Assembly (NCBI GenBank): GCA_951406725.2
Contig: OX597836.1
Location: forward strand, 44,640,001 to 44,704,000
DNA: 64,000 bases
Source of the DNA: Octopus vulgaris
Taxonomy: Eukaryota
Direction of reading: 5' to 3'
Below, one piece after another: positions 23,112 through 35,043 of the stretch. How positions within the stretch are numbered: the first letter of the stretch is position 1; each line of letters opens with the position of its first letter. The notes under the pieces are model-generated. The model was not told the origin of the DNA. It did no database searches and was given only the letters and a program-made list of their open reading frames with translations. The position numbers were made by a program, and so were the translations under genes.

Positions 23112-23419
23112 GTGGAGGCACATGGCCTAGTGGTTAGAGCAGCGGACTCGCGGTTGAGGGATCGCAGGTTCAAATCTTAGACTGGACGATGTGTGTGTTT
23201 ATGAGCGAAACACCTAAGCTCAATGTGGCTCTGGCGGAAGGTAATGGCGAAACTTCTGCTGACTCTTTCGCCACAACTTTCTCTCACTCTTTCCTCCTGC
23301 ATCTTGCAGCTCACCTGCAACGGACTGGCGTCCCGTCCAGGTGGGGAACCTATACGCCAAGGAAACCGGGAAACCGGCCCTTATGAGCCAGGCATGACTC
23401 GAGAAGGAACAAACAACAA
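23112..23419 (+). mobile_element. tRNA-derived SINE, family D
   Basis: 13-bp TSD CAGATACCCTCTT at 23099-23111 and 23420-23432. Confidence 0.9.
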
Positions 23420-23675
23420 CAGATACCCTCTTCATGAATGCAATCAGTGTATGTTTGCCTCAGAACAAGGCTTCCAGAATAATCAACATAATCCAACAGC
23501 ATGAAAATGTTTTCATCTTCTTAAGAAACAGCATGCACTCCACCTCGCATCACCCTATAACACACCCTGTTAAACCTTCAACTAAACTTCTTCAATATCA
23601 ATACTAAAAAAAAAAGTCTGTATTTTATTCTTTTCTCTTTTTTATTTGCATATCTTTTGTTTTTTTGTTTTTAAG

Positions 23676-23726
23676 AGCAAAGAAGATAAAGAGAGAAAAA
23701 CTCTTGAATTACTTCAAGGATCAAAG
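23676..23726 (+). CDS. VPS11: VPS11 exon
   Basis: Long T-rich tract, aag|...|gtgagg; SKEDKERKTLELLQGSK; phase 0-0. Confidence 0.88.
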
Positions 23727-26008
23727 GTGAGGCGGTCTAAAATACCTTTCTTTACCATCAATATTACTTGACAATTACCTTATCTTCATATGTTGTTTCT
23801 TTTGTTGTTCAATACTAACTCAGTCCCAATTGAGCAAACCTATGTTCAAAGGTATACCATCTGGCCATCCTATCTTATTTTCAAACATAAGGTATTAGGG
23901 GCTACATCCCCTCTTTCTATATTTCTAAGGCTATATTGTCCAGTGTGTCTCTTTTACTCTTTTACTTGTTTCAGTCATTTGACTGCAGCCACGCTGGACT
24001 TATTCTTTGTAAGCCTAGTACTTACTCTATCGGTCTCTTTTTGCCAAACCGCTAAGTTATGGGGACGTAAATACACCACCATCAGTTGTCAAGTGATGTT
24101 GGGGGGACAAACACAGACACACCAACATATACATATATATACATACATACAACGGGCCTCTTTCAGTTTCCGTCTACCAAATCCACTCACAAGGCTTTGG
24201 TCGGCCCAAGGCTATAGTAGAAGACACTTGCTCAAGGTGCCACACAGTGGGACTGAACCCTGGACCATGTGGTTGGTAAGCAAGCTACTTACCACACAAC
24301 TCACAAGACACCATTTTTAAAATGGTGTCTTGTGAGTTGAAGATTTGGTTGCTACTTTTAGCAGATCAAGCATCCACAGAGAGGCAACTTGTTGATACCT
24401 ATCTTTACATATAATGTCATTTGCTTGTCTGGCCTAACCCTAGTGTTCACAGTGACAGCCATGTAAACCTGTGATTTCTCAAAATAGACTGTAATACCCA
24501 CACTAAACAAAACTATATCAGTTACGATGACAAGGAGTGTTCCAGTTGGTCTGATCAACGGAACAGCTTGCTCATGAAATTAACGTGTAAGTGGCTGAGC
24601 ACTCCACAGACACGTGTACCCTTAACATAGTTCTTGGGGAGATTCAGCATGACACGGAATGCGACAAGGCTGGCCCTTTGAAATACAGGTACAACTCATT
24701 TTGCCAGCTGGGTAGACTAGAGCCAAGTGAAATAAAGTGCCTTGCTCAAGGACACATTGCACCAACTCACAACCTTACAATCATGAGCAGAAATACCCTA
24801 ACCACTAAGCCATGTGCCTTCCCCAGAAATTGTGTCGACTTAACAGCACCCCATAGTGTCTGTAATAGCAACAGTGACTGTCTGTTAATATCCATTTAAC
24901 AGTGACTGTGATAACTTCAATCATAATAGTGGATGTCTGTACCCACTTTGGCTCCTGTGCCGGTGGCACATAAAAAGCACCATCTGAACGTAGCCAATGC
25001 TTGGTCCACCAGACTAGCTCCCATACTGGTGACACATAAAAAGCACCATCTGAATGTGGCCAATGCCAGTGCCCCCTTGACTGGCTCCCATGCCGGTGGC
25101 ACGTACAAAGCACCATCTGAACATAGTCGATGCCTGATCCACCTGACTAGTTCCCAGATGATATTGTCTGTATTTTGAATTACATGTACATGGGACGCCA
25201 AAATATTTCAAGACAATGGGTCTTAATCTGGGCCCTGATTCTATCCCTTGCTAAGCTCATCTCTCACAGGTGTTCACCCTGAGGTGAATGTTCTACTTTA
25301 CTACAAAAGCTTCCATCACAGCAATGATGATGATCCCAGCATTCATGCTCTGATCAAGACCCCTATGATTAAGCCATGACCATCCCATTTAATATTTATG
25401 TCAAGCTACCTACTTTATTCATTCTGTCTTTCTATATTTTAAAACAGTAGAATGTAATTTGAAGGGAATTTTACTGCTATTTTCAGCAGATCAAACTAAC
25501 ACATAATGTCTTCCTTATTTCAACATTGATAATGACAAGAACCACAATAATTGCACTGTCCTCATCATCATCCTTTAACGTCCGTTTTTCTATGCTGGCA
25601 TGGGTTGCACGAGGCATGGGGCTCTGTGTTTAAAGTAATACTGCCTATCTGTGTATTTAACCCTTTACCATTTAAAACACTTATATCCAGCCCAAAATAT
25701 TCTACCTGTTCTATATTCAAACCGATGAGATCCAGCCTCTCACATTTATCGTACAATGTCATTCTAAAAATAAACTCTCTCTTCATCAAACCCTCAAAGC
25801 TGTGAGATAATGCATAATTAATTCAAAACAATGTAAATAAATAACATTACATTTCACAGAATAACCTGAATGCCAAAGGGATGTGTGTATGAATATATAT
25901 ATATATATAATTAATAATATCAGGGTAATAAAGATTTTAGAAATTTTTACTACCTGTGGCCTAGAGTGTAGAAAAATTTAGTCAATAGACTATATATTAT
26001 TTATATAA

Positions 26009-26498
26009 ATACAGTGTACATTTAAACACATAAGAGGTATCCGTCAAAGGATTCCTTTCATGCTAGATGGAACAGCTAAAGTCCAAACAACTATTAGGGA
26101 TAAAAACTCAAAGGGAATGAAAAATAAAAACATTTACCATCTGGAAAATTGTTCGAAGAAATGCCGGTATTTTCTTCCTGCCAACAAAATATTGCGCTTG
26201 CGCAGTAGATCTGAAAATATATAATGTATAAGCAAGATGCACATGCTGGATTTGCCTCGTACTTATATGTTTAATCTAGGCTTACCTGTTGATGAAGACT
26301 TCGCCTAGCAAATTATTTTATTTTATTTGCTAAAAAAAAGTCAGAAACCATGGTCCAGGAAATAGATGGTAAATGTTTTTATTTTTCATTCTCTTCGATT
26401 TTTTTATCCCTAATAGTGGTTTGGACTTTAGCTGTTCCTTCTAGCGTGAAAGGAATCATATGACGGATACCTCTTATGTGTTTAAATGTACACTGTAT
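26009..26498. repeat. (TA)n-flanked fold-back element (~135-bp arms) with a hammerhead-like motif in the spacer
   Basis: 26009-26142 inverted at 26362-26498; CCTG TTGATGA A GACT..AGTC A GAAA CCATGG TC CAGG at 26285-26359; related copy at ~48925-49160. Confidence 0.85.
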
Positions 26499-26650
26499 GT
26501 ATGTATATATATATATATATATAATTTCAGTAAAACAATTAAGATTCAAGTGAGTTCCAATGAATTCGCATGAATGCAGTACTTAAATTAGATGCACCAG
26601 AAATCTTTATGGTATTAACCATAAAATAATGTGGGGTGATTATAAACAAG

Positions 26651-26841
26651 AAAAAAGCAACAAGAATGGATTAGTTGTTCAGTACAATTGTTTCATACGA
26701 AGAACAGATTTATTAAAAGCTGCAAATATTGCAGCAAATACAGGACACTTGTATTTGCTGCAATATTTGCAGCTTTTAATAAATCTGTTCTTCGTATGAA
26801 ACAATTGTACTGAACAACTAATCCATTCTTGTTGCTTTTTT
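26651..26841. repeat. Apparently perfect 92-bp-arm hairpin with a 7-nt loop
   Basis: 26651-26742 is the reverse complement of 26750-26841; arms carry the hammerhead 3' half GAAACAATTGTA. Confidence 0.95.
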
Positions 26842-27797
26842 ACACATATATATTCCCATATTTCATTCCATAACGGCTGCCTTTGATGAGTGCAGGGTTA
26901 CATAATCAGACTATTACCTAACACTATTGAACCCCTGGTGAAAACCATTTTGTAAGATCAGCTGTAAAGGATATATAATACTGTGCACTTCGATTAATAA
27001 ATATATATAGAGAGAGAGAAACCAAAAGGCTGTATATATATATATATATATATATAAGCACACATACATAAGGTACTTATGTGTTCTTTGGACATTTGCC
27101 CAGCAAACCCAGTCCCCAAAATATGCTACATATATTAGTACTACTGCCAGAACTAGCCTTTCACATCTACCCAACAGTATCATTTTAAAGATAAACAATG
27201 ATATCATTTGAATCTTTAAGCAACATGATAATGCATGAATAATTCAAAACAATCATCATCATCATCATCATCATTTAACATCCGTTTTCCATGCTAGCAT
27301 GGGTTGGATGGTTCAACCAGGGTCTGGTAAGCCATGGAGGCTGCACCAGGCTCCAGCCTGGTTTGGCAGTGTTTCTACAGCTGGCTGCCCTTCCTAATGC
27401 CAACCACTCCGTGAGTGTAGTGGGCATCTGCCACGTTCAGACGGTGCTTTTTACGTGTCACCAGCACAGGTGTCTTAACTACAATTTCCATTTGATTTTT
27501 ATTTTGATGTTGGTAAAGACGTACTTGACTCAATAGGTCTCCTCGAGAACAGCGGGTCATGTGTTACACTTAACAGAATAGTGTGAATGCTAAAGGGTTA
27601 AGGGGTCACATTTCTCTTACACCAGCTTCTCCTCCTCCTCCTTAACACCGTATAATAATCCCCCTCGCCACATCCTTTGAGATCATTATATCGTGATTCC
27701 CCTGATCCCCTTATATCTTGACCCTTCATCATGTACCGTCAGTTTTCTTTTGCCCCCTTTCTCCTTTTAACCCGTATCTGTTTTTGTTCTTCTGCAG

Positions 27798-27886
27798 GCT
27801 GGCTACGATATCAACCAAGCCCTTGTTCTCTGTCAGATGCACAACTTTACTGCTGGTATACTCTACCTTTACGAAAAGGCTGAGCT
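27798..27886 (+). CDS. VPS11: VPS11 exon
   Basis: cag|...|gtatgt; AGYDINQALVLCQMHNFTAGILYLYEKAE(L). Confidence 0.95.
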
Positions 27887-27941
27887 GTATGTATTATATG
27901 TGTCTTTTACTACAATTTCTCTCTCTCCCTAAATCTATCTA

Positions 27942-28373
27942 TCTATATATGTATAAACGGCAGTTTGTCTGTCTGTGTGTCTGTCAGGTTGTACCCTCAC
28001 CCTGACCACGGCTTTCAACCGATTCTGATGAAACTTGACACACACATAGCCCAATGTCATAATTCAAAACTAACGGAGCGAAAATTTTGAAAAGTTCCCC
28101 CAGTTCTGAAAAAAATCGATAAATTCGACATGGGGTCGAGAATCTAAGCTTTTTATATGCAACACATTTTCTGTCTAGGGGACACAACTCGACCTTTTTA
28201 TCGCCCAAAGGGACAGCTAGGAACATCGTATACACAGAAGTATTCGAGTGAAGAGAAGACATTGCAACCTACACATGCGCCTTCGTTCCCTAGAGGGAAA
28301 GAACTAGATTGGGATTAGTCGTTGCCTACTAGGGGTTCTTACATACCCGGGCAACACCGGGCTATGCTGCTAT
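27942..28373 (+). mobile_element. Helitron-like element, family 3
   Basis: TC(TA)n start like family 2; 3' hairpin CCCGGGCAACACCGGG followed by degenerate CTA[T]. Confidence 0.6.
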
Positions 28374-28560
28374 TATATATATAAAAAGTACAAAGTAAGA
28401 TAGGGGTTATGTGTGTAACCCACTATGGGATAGCATTTATCCAATATACTGTTGGTAAAGTACCCAGATTCTTAATACATAAATGTTTTTAATTGCATTG
28501 CAATTAACTCATTTATTGTATTAAACGGGTGAAGGTAAAGAAATATTTTTACCGTAAATT

Positions 28561-28990
28561 TATAATACAAATAAGAAAATGGAGAAACAAGTTTAGTTTG
28601 TTCATCAACTTTCGGATATTATAATGTTAGATTATTTATTCATTTAACAAAATGAGAACATCAAAAGCATACAAATATATCCTATAATTCAATACATATA
28701 AGATAAGAAAACAAATTATAAAAGTCATAATATAAATGATTGAAATCATTAAAATCACTTCTTACAGCTGTTTCAGCCTATGGCTAAAAGTAGTTACTTT
28801 TATCTTGTTTGCCTATATATTTATTATAACTTTTATAATTTGTATTCTTATATGTATTGAATTATAAGATATATATGTATGATATTGAGGTTCTCATTTT
28901 GTTTAATGAATAACTAATCCAACATTATAATATCCGAAAGTTGATGAACAAACTAAATGTGTTTCTCCATTTTCTTATTTGTATTATATA
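28561..28990. repeat. Diverged fold-back element (~170-bp arms)
   Basis: 28561-28735 inverted at ~28820-28990; GAAACAGCTGTA on the minus strand in the spacer. Confidence 0.85.
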
Positions 28991-29733
28991 TATGTGTGTG
29001 TGTGTGTGTATGTATATAGGTATGTTGGTGCAAACTTATATATATAAAATGTAATGTAAAACCAAAAAGGAAAAATTTAATTGTATTCACTATACTATGT
29101 ACCCTTTTAGATAATGGCCATTGTGTATGTATGTGTGTGTCTGTATATGTTTATGTGTGTTTATATATTTATATATATATATATACACATGTGCATGCAC
29201 ACACACACACACACATGCAGATGTGGTCTCAAGTTCAGTTCCATAGTACAGCACCTCGGGCAAGTGTCTCCTACTGTAGCCTCAGGCTGACCAAAGCCTT
29301 GTGTGTGGATTTGTTTGATGGAAACTGAAAGAAGCCCATGCATATATTTATGTGTGTGTCTGTGTTTGTACCCCCACTATTGCTTGACAACTAGTGCTGG
29401 TGAGTTTACGTCCCAATAATTTAGCAGTTCAGCATAAGAGACCAATAGAATAAGTACTAGGTTTACAAAGAATAAGTCCTGGGGTCGATTTCTTCCACTA
29501 AAACCCTTTAAGGCGGTGCTCCAGCATGGCTGCAGCCAAATGACTCAAACAAGTAAAAGAATAAGAAAATTCTAATACCACAACAAATTGTTTGGTAACT
29601 TAAAAACACAAATGATTTATTTTATTATATTTAACGAAGACAGTTTTTCACCTGAAGATGTAAAATCCTTAAAAATGTTTTAGCCCAAAGGCCGCGGCCA
29701 TGCTGGGGCACCACCGCTGAAAAGAAAGCTTTC

Positions 29734-29806
29734 CTATCTGCATGGGAGTCGAACCCACATCCCTTTGTTCACGCGACTAAGTGTACTACCGTTACACCAG
29801 CAAATC
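29734..29806 (-). pseudogene. tRNA-like head (Thr-CGT-like) of a very short SINE
   Basis: Cloverleaf: acceptor 6/7 pairs, D arm GTGT/ACAC, T arm GTGGG-TTCGACT-CCCAT; position 33 is not U; followed by the family A-type tail. Confidence 0.65.
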
Positions 29807-30815
29807 AGCCTGTAACTTAAATTCTGCATAATTTTGAAGGATTTCTTGCATTTTGCATTAATGCAGACATGGAAGTAATTTATTTGTTATTGAATATAAT
29901 AATATAAATTATTTACATGTTTTAAGTTACGAAACAATTTGTCATGATACTAGAATTTTCTTATTGTTAAATAAAATTCCATGTAACTGTTTCTCGGTCA
30001 TTTGTAACTTTATGCTCTCCTTATCGTTTTCTCTTCTATCATAGTATATATTCTATGTTTTGTAGGGAGCATTTTTTTAATGAGTACTGCCGGATTAGTT
30101 GAATCCATATATTGTGACTTAAATTTATATATATATATACGAGCGGCGAGCTAGCAGAAACGTTAGCACACCGGGCGAAGTGCGTAGCCATATTTCGTCT
30201 GTCGTTACGTTCCAAGTTCAAATTCCGCCAAGGTCGACTTTGCCTATCATCCTTTCGGGGTCAATAAATTAAGTACCAGTTACACACTAGGGTCGATGTA
30301 ATCGACTTAATCCCTTTGTTTGTCCCCTCTGTGTTTAGCCCCTTGTGGGTAGTAAAGAAATATATATATGAACAAAACGCCCCCCTGTCCAATGGACGTT
30401 GCTGAGTTGTCAAATATTTAAACCAAATTTTCTCAAAACAACTTGTCCGACCGTCCCATAGGCCTCCCCTTTGAGAAACACTGATTTAACCTAAATTTGA
30501 GACACCAGCAAAAGAAGAAATAAAGATAGACTTTTTTTCTATTCCAAAGAAAAGCGATTTCCCACGGCTTTATCGATCGCATTCTCACCTGGAATCGATT
30601 TTTGTAATTTTTTCAAGACTTATACACGCCCTGATATTGTCGGTATCTACATATCAAATTTGAGCGCAATCGGATGGAGGATGCCCGAGACCCTAGAAGA
30701 CACACACAGAACAGATTTTATATAAGAGATATATGTGTGTGTGTGTGTGTGTGTAGATTGCTGTTTTTAGTGTGTTATGATGTTCCTATTGGCAGCATTG
30801 TAATATTTTTTGCAG

Positions 30816-30890
30816 TTATGAACAAATTCTACGCTATCACATGGACCATGATGAATATGGACAGGTTATTAACACATGTAAACGGTTTGG
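30816..30890 (+). CDS. VPS11: VPS11 exon
   Basis: cag|...|gtaagt; YEQILRYHMDHDEYGQVINTCKRF(G). Confidence 0.95.
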
Positions 30891-31202
30891 GTAAGTACAA
30901 ATTTATAATTTCTCTACTGCTGAGAAGATTCTCAGTTGAAGGTGGGTAAATATGAATGTCTTATTGCCACGTATCCACAACATGGGGGATACATGTTATT
31001 GCCATGTATATAGCATCATTACTATTATCATCATCATCATTTAATGTCTGTTATCGGTTGGATGGTTTGGCAAGAGCTGGTAAGTCAAAGGGCTGCACCA
31101 GGATCCAATAATTTGTTTTGGCTTGGTTCCTACAGCTGGATGCCCTTCCCAATGCCAACCACTTTTCAGAGTGTACTAGGTGCTTTTTTGTGGCACCAGC
31201 AT

Positions 31203-31822
31203 GGATCCTTTTCACATGATTTAGACATGCTAGAACACCTACCAAAAGCAATTAATGAAGAGGGAATATTGGTCACCCTCGATGTTATCAATTTTTACAC
31301 CAACATCCTGCATAACTATGGAATAAAAGCAATCAAATTCTGGTTGGAAAAGTACCCCGAAGTCCTTCCAGAACGCATAAACCAGATCTTTATTATCGAA
31401 TCCTTAAGATTTATACTTCAGAACAATTATTTCCTATTTGATGACAGATACTACCGTCAGAAATGCGGAATTGCGATGGGAACGAAAGCAGCCCCTGTTC
31501 TTGCGAACCTAATAATGGATTATTTTGAATTCACCTTATATGAAGTATCACTTCAGAAATATGGTTACCCGTTTTACCTCCACATAAGAGAAATTTGGAA
31601 AAGATACCTGGATGACTGTTTTATCATCTGGAAAGAACATCGACAAACTTTTGGACTTCAAATCAACACTAAATGATATAAATAGTAACATTCAATTCAC
31701 AATAGAATATAACAAAGAACAACTCCCATTTTTAGACATCATGATAAAAAAAAGTTAACAATGAAATCATAACTGACATTTATTATAAACCAACTGATTC
31801 AAAACAATATCTTCTCTTTAAC

Positions 31823-31830
<8 letters not shown>
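31203..31830 (+). mobile_element. Penelope-like element reverse transcriptase fragment (frameshifted)
   Basis: LVTLDVINFYTNI...YRQKCGIAMGTKAAPVLANLIM...WKRYLDDCFIIW, then IQFTIEYNKEQLPFLDIMI and TDIYYKPTDSKQYLLFNSCH; ends in (TA)n. Confidence 0.9.
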
Positions 31831-31871
<41 letters not shown>

Positions 31872-31875
<4 letters not shown>

Positions 31876-32487
31876 CCAATTCAACTAACTTACTTCTTAA
31901 ATTTCAACTCCCGATCGATGTCCGCAGCAAGTTCTTTAAAAATTTATCTTAATATTTCCATTCGTTGTTACTACGTTTATTCATACATTGTTACGAAAAT
32001 TTAACCTTTTAAGGCTACTTTCAAGCCTTCGCCATAACTTGATTTATCTTTCTATCTCTCTCTCTACAAAATTTAACCTTAGGCGAGGCTACCTCAAGCC
32101 GTAATCCCATCTCTTCCCATCTCTTCCCATCTTTCAGCCATCTTTCAGCCATTGGCGGTCTTTTTTCCTCCTCTTACCATTACGATTCTACAATTTAAAT
32201 TCCCAATTCAACTAACTTACTTCTTAAATTTCAACTCCCGATCGATGTCCGCAGCAAGTTCTTTAAAAATTTATCTTAATATTTCCATTCGTTGTTACTA
32301 CGTTTATTCATACATTGTTACGAAAATTTAACCTTTTAAGGCTACTTTCAAGCCTTCGCCATAACTTGATTTATCTTTCTATCTCTCTCTCTACAAAATT
32401 TAACCTTAGGCGAGGCTACCTCAAGCCGTAATCCCATCTCTTCCCATCTCTTCCCATCTTTCAGCCATCTTTCAGCCATTGGCGGTG
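31872..32487. repeat. Near-identical tandem duplication, period 327 bp
   Basis: ATTCCCAATTCAACTAAC... begins at 31872 and 32199. Confidence 0.93.
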
Positions 32488-33469
32488 CGCCCGCCCCCCA
32501 CCCCCACCACCAATACCGATGAACACTGTTCTCACCCCCACCACCAATACCGGTGAACACTGTTCTCACCGCCAACACCACCAATACTGGTGAACACTGT
32601 TCCTCACCCCCCCACCACCAATACCAGTATACCCTGTCCTCACCATCTACACCGGATACGCCTTACTCATCTACACCGGGTAAGCCCTACTCCCTCCTCC
32701 TCCCCCCACTACCCCTTCTCCTCATATGCTTTCACTGTGAAAAGACAAGCTGCTAGCGCCATAGCTCATCAACTGCCCACCGATCTTACGCTTCCTCCGG
32801 ACACTGCTTCATTCCGACTATCCCCCTTTAGCACCCTCCCGCCTCGTAATATCCTACGTTTTTATTTCTTAGGAACCTACACCAACCCTTCCTGCCATCG
32901 TTCCTCCTTACCCCAACCTTCCCCACTGGTTGCTCCCCTATATTACCCACCTCAACTGGACCCCCCTCCCCAACTCAACTCTAGAATATCTGTATTCTTT
33001 CCTCTACCTAATAACGTTACTCAGTGACGATAACGAATGTCTTTATTTCTTAGGAACCTACACCAACCCTTCCTTACTCAGTGACGATAAATGCTGTGAC
33101 TACAAAGACCTGGGCTGCTTTCTGCAGCAATTCCACATACCCCCTACTCATTCTAAGTACCCCAGATCCCCAAAGTACCCCGGACCTCGTTGCCCCCGTG
33201 CCGCTGACACGTTAAAATGCTCGAACCGATCGTGACGATGCCGGACCCTCCGGCCCCTGTGCAGGTGGCACGTAAAAAGCACCCAATCCACTCACGGAGT
33301 GGTTGGCGTTAGGAAGGGCATCCAGCCGTAGAAACTCTGCCAGATTCAGACTGGAGCCTGGTGCGGCCCCTGGCTTCCCAGACCCGGTCAAACCGTCCAA
33401 CCCGTGCTAGCGCGGAAAGCGGACGTTAAACGATGATGATGATGATGATGATATATATATATATATATA

Positions 33470-33585
33470 CTTTATTTAAAGCAGCAGAAAATTCAACAAA
33501 AGCTGTAGCAAAAACTGTCCAATGAACGGCAACGGGAAACTCAGAGTAACAGGTTTTGTTGAATTTTCTGCTGCTTTAAATAAAG
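33470..33585. repeat. Short fold-back element with a degenerate hammerhead-like motif (33515-33552)
   Basis: 32-bp inverted arms; CTGT CCAATGA ACG GCAA CGG GAAA CTC A GAG TA ACAG. Confidence 0.7.
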
Positions 33586-33871
33586 CATATTACTCTACCA
33601 CTGGTATTTGAGTACTCTTTTTTCCACCTTGTTTCACATTTATGTGTTTACTCCGGTGTATATATATATATATATATTTATTTGTATGTATATCTGTTAT
33701 ATTTATATATATATGTGTGTGTGTATATCTGGGAGTGTGTCACTGTGTATTAACTATGTGTTTCCCAGTTTGTAAAAAGCCACTGTTGTATGAAAAAGTG
33801 GGAAGTAGAGATTTCAATAAATATGGCTTGATTCTTTTTTTTATATATTTTGTTTCTTTCTCTCTTTCCAG

Positions 33872-33963
33872 AATTCAAGAACCAAATCTCTGGGTTCAGT
33901 CCTTGTCATATTTTGCAATGAAAGAAGACAACTGTAAAACTTTCCTAATGGAAGTTCTTTCTC
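33872..33963 (+). CDS. VPS11: VPS11 exon ending at a U12-type donor
   Basis: cag|...|ATATCCTTT; IQEPNLWVQSLSYFAMKEDNCKTFLMEVLS(H). Confidence 0.93.
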
Positions 33964-35005
33964 ATATCCTTTGCAGATTTCATGCCTTTAATAAGTGTTT
34001 TTATTTGATACCGTGAGAAATGTGCAGAAGCATGTCTCCCTGTTGACAGCAGACAACAGATGCTTTTGGGATGATGATAATGCAGAGGGATGCCAATATG
34101 TTTTATGAGACACTGTGGCTGTGAGGTATGAAGGGTGGATTACTGGACACATAACCAGAAGTTCAAATTTTACTGCAACCACTATATATATATAGTTGCC
34201 ATGATAGATTGTTAGCCATTACACTTTCTTTATTTTCACTTCTTATTTCCTTCTGTGTCCCTTTCTGTAGAAGAGCGTAGGCTCGAAACATAAAAGACTT
34301 TTTCTATTCCTGAGTGTTATACTAATACATCCGTTTGTTTTGTACACCACCTGTCTTCGTCTTTTGATTTTTTCATAAATTCTTCCTATAGATATATACT
34401 CGAGCGTTTACCTGAGTATTTATTTAATGTGTTATCTATGTTTGTTTTCTTATCTCTCTCTCTCTCTCTCTCATACAGACATGTGTAGGTTGAAACAATC
34501 GTAGTTAAATAATATAAAACTCTACATATGTATTTCATGCATTGATTATTAAATATGAAAGAAGTCTTTGATGAAACCTAATTGAACAGATAACATCATC
34601 ATCACTCTATCTATCTATCTATATCCATCTACTTCTATCTATAGGGAGAGTTTACGAAAAAAAAAACCAAAAGACGAAGACAGGTGGTGTACAAAACAAA
34701 CAGATGTATTGGTATAACACTCAGGAATAGAAAAAGTATTTTACGTTTCGAGCCTACGCTCTTCTACAGAAAGGGACACAGAAAAAACAAGGAGAGAAAA
34801 AATATATATACATATATAGGGAGAGTTTACAAAAAAAAGCAAAAGACGAAGACAGGTGGTGTACAAAACAAACAGATGTATTAGTATAACACTCAGAAAT
34901 AGAAAAAGTCTTTTACGTTTCGAGCGTACGCTCTTCTACAGAAAGGGACACAGAAAAAAACAAGGAGGAAAAAAATGTGTGTAGTGGCTAACGATCTATC
35001 ATGGC

Positions 35006-35043
<38 letters not shown>

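Noticed and set aside
34013-34018. GTGAGA as a major-class donor extending exon 33872
   Set aside because: Adds 49 non-homologous nt; acceptors upstream of the branch site include the in-frame TAA at 36235 and downstream AGs would delete conserved residues
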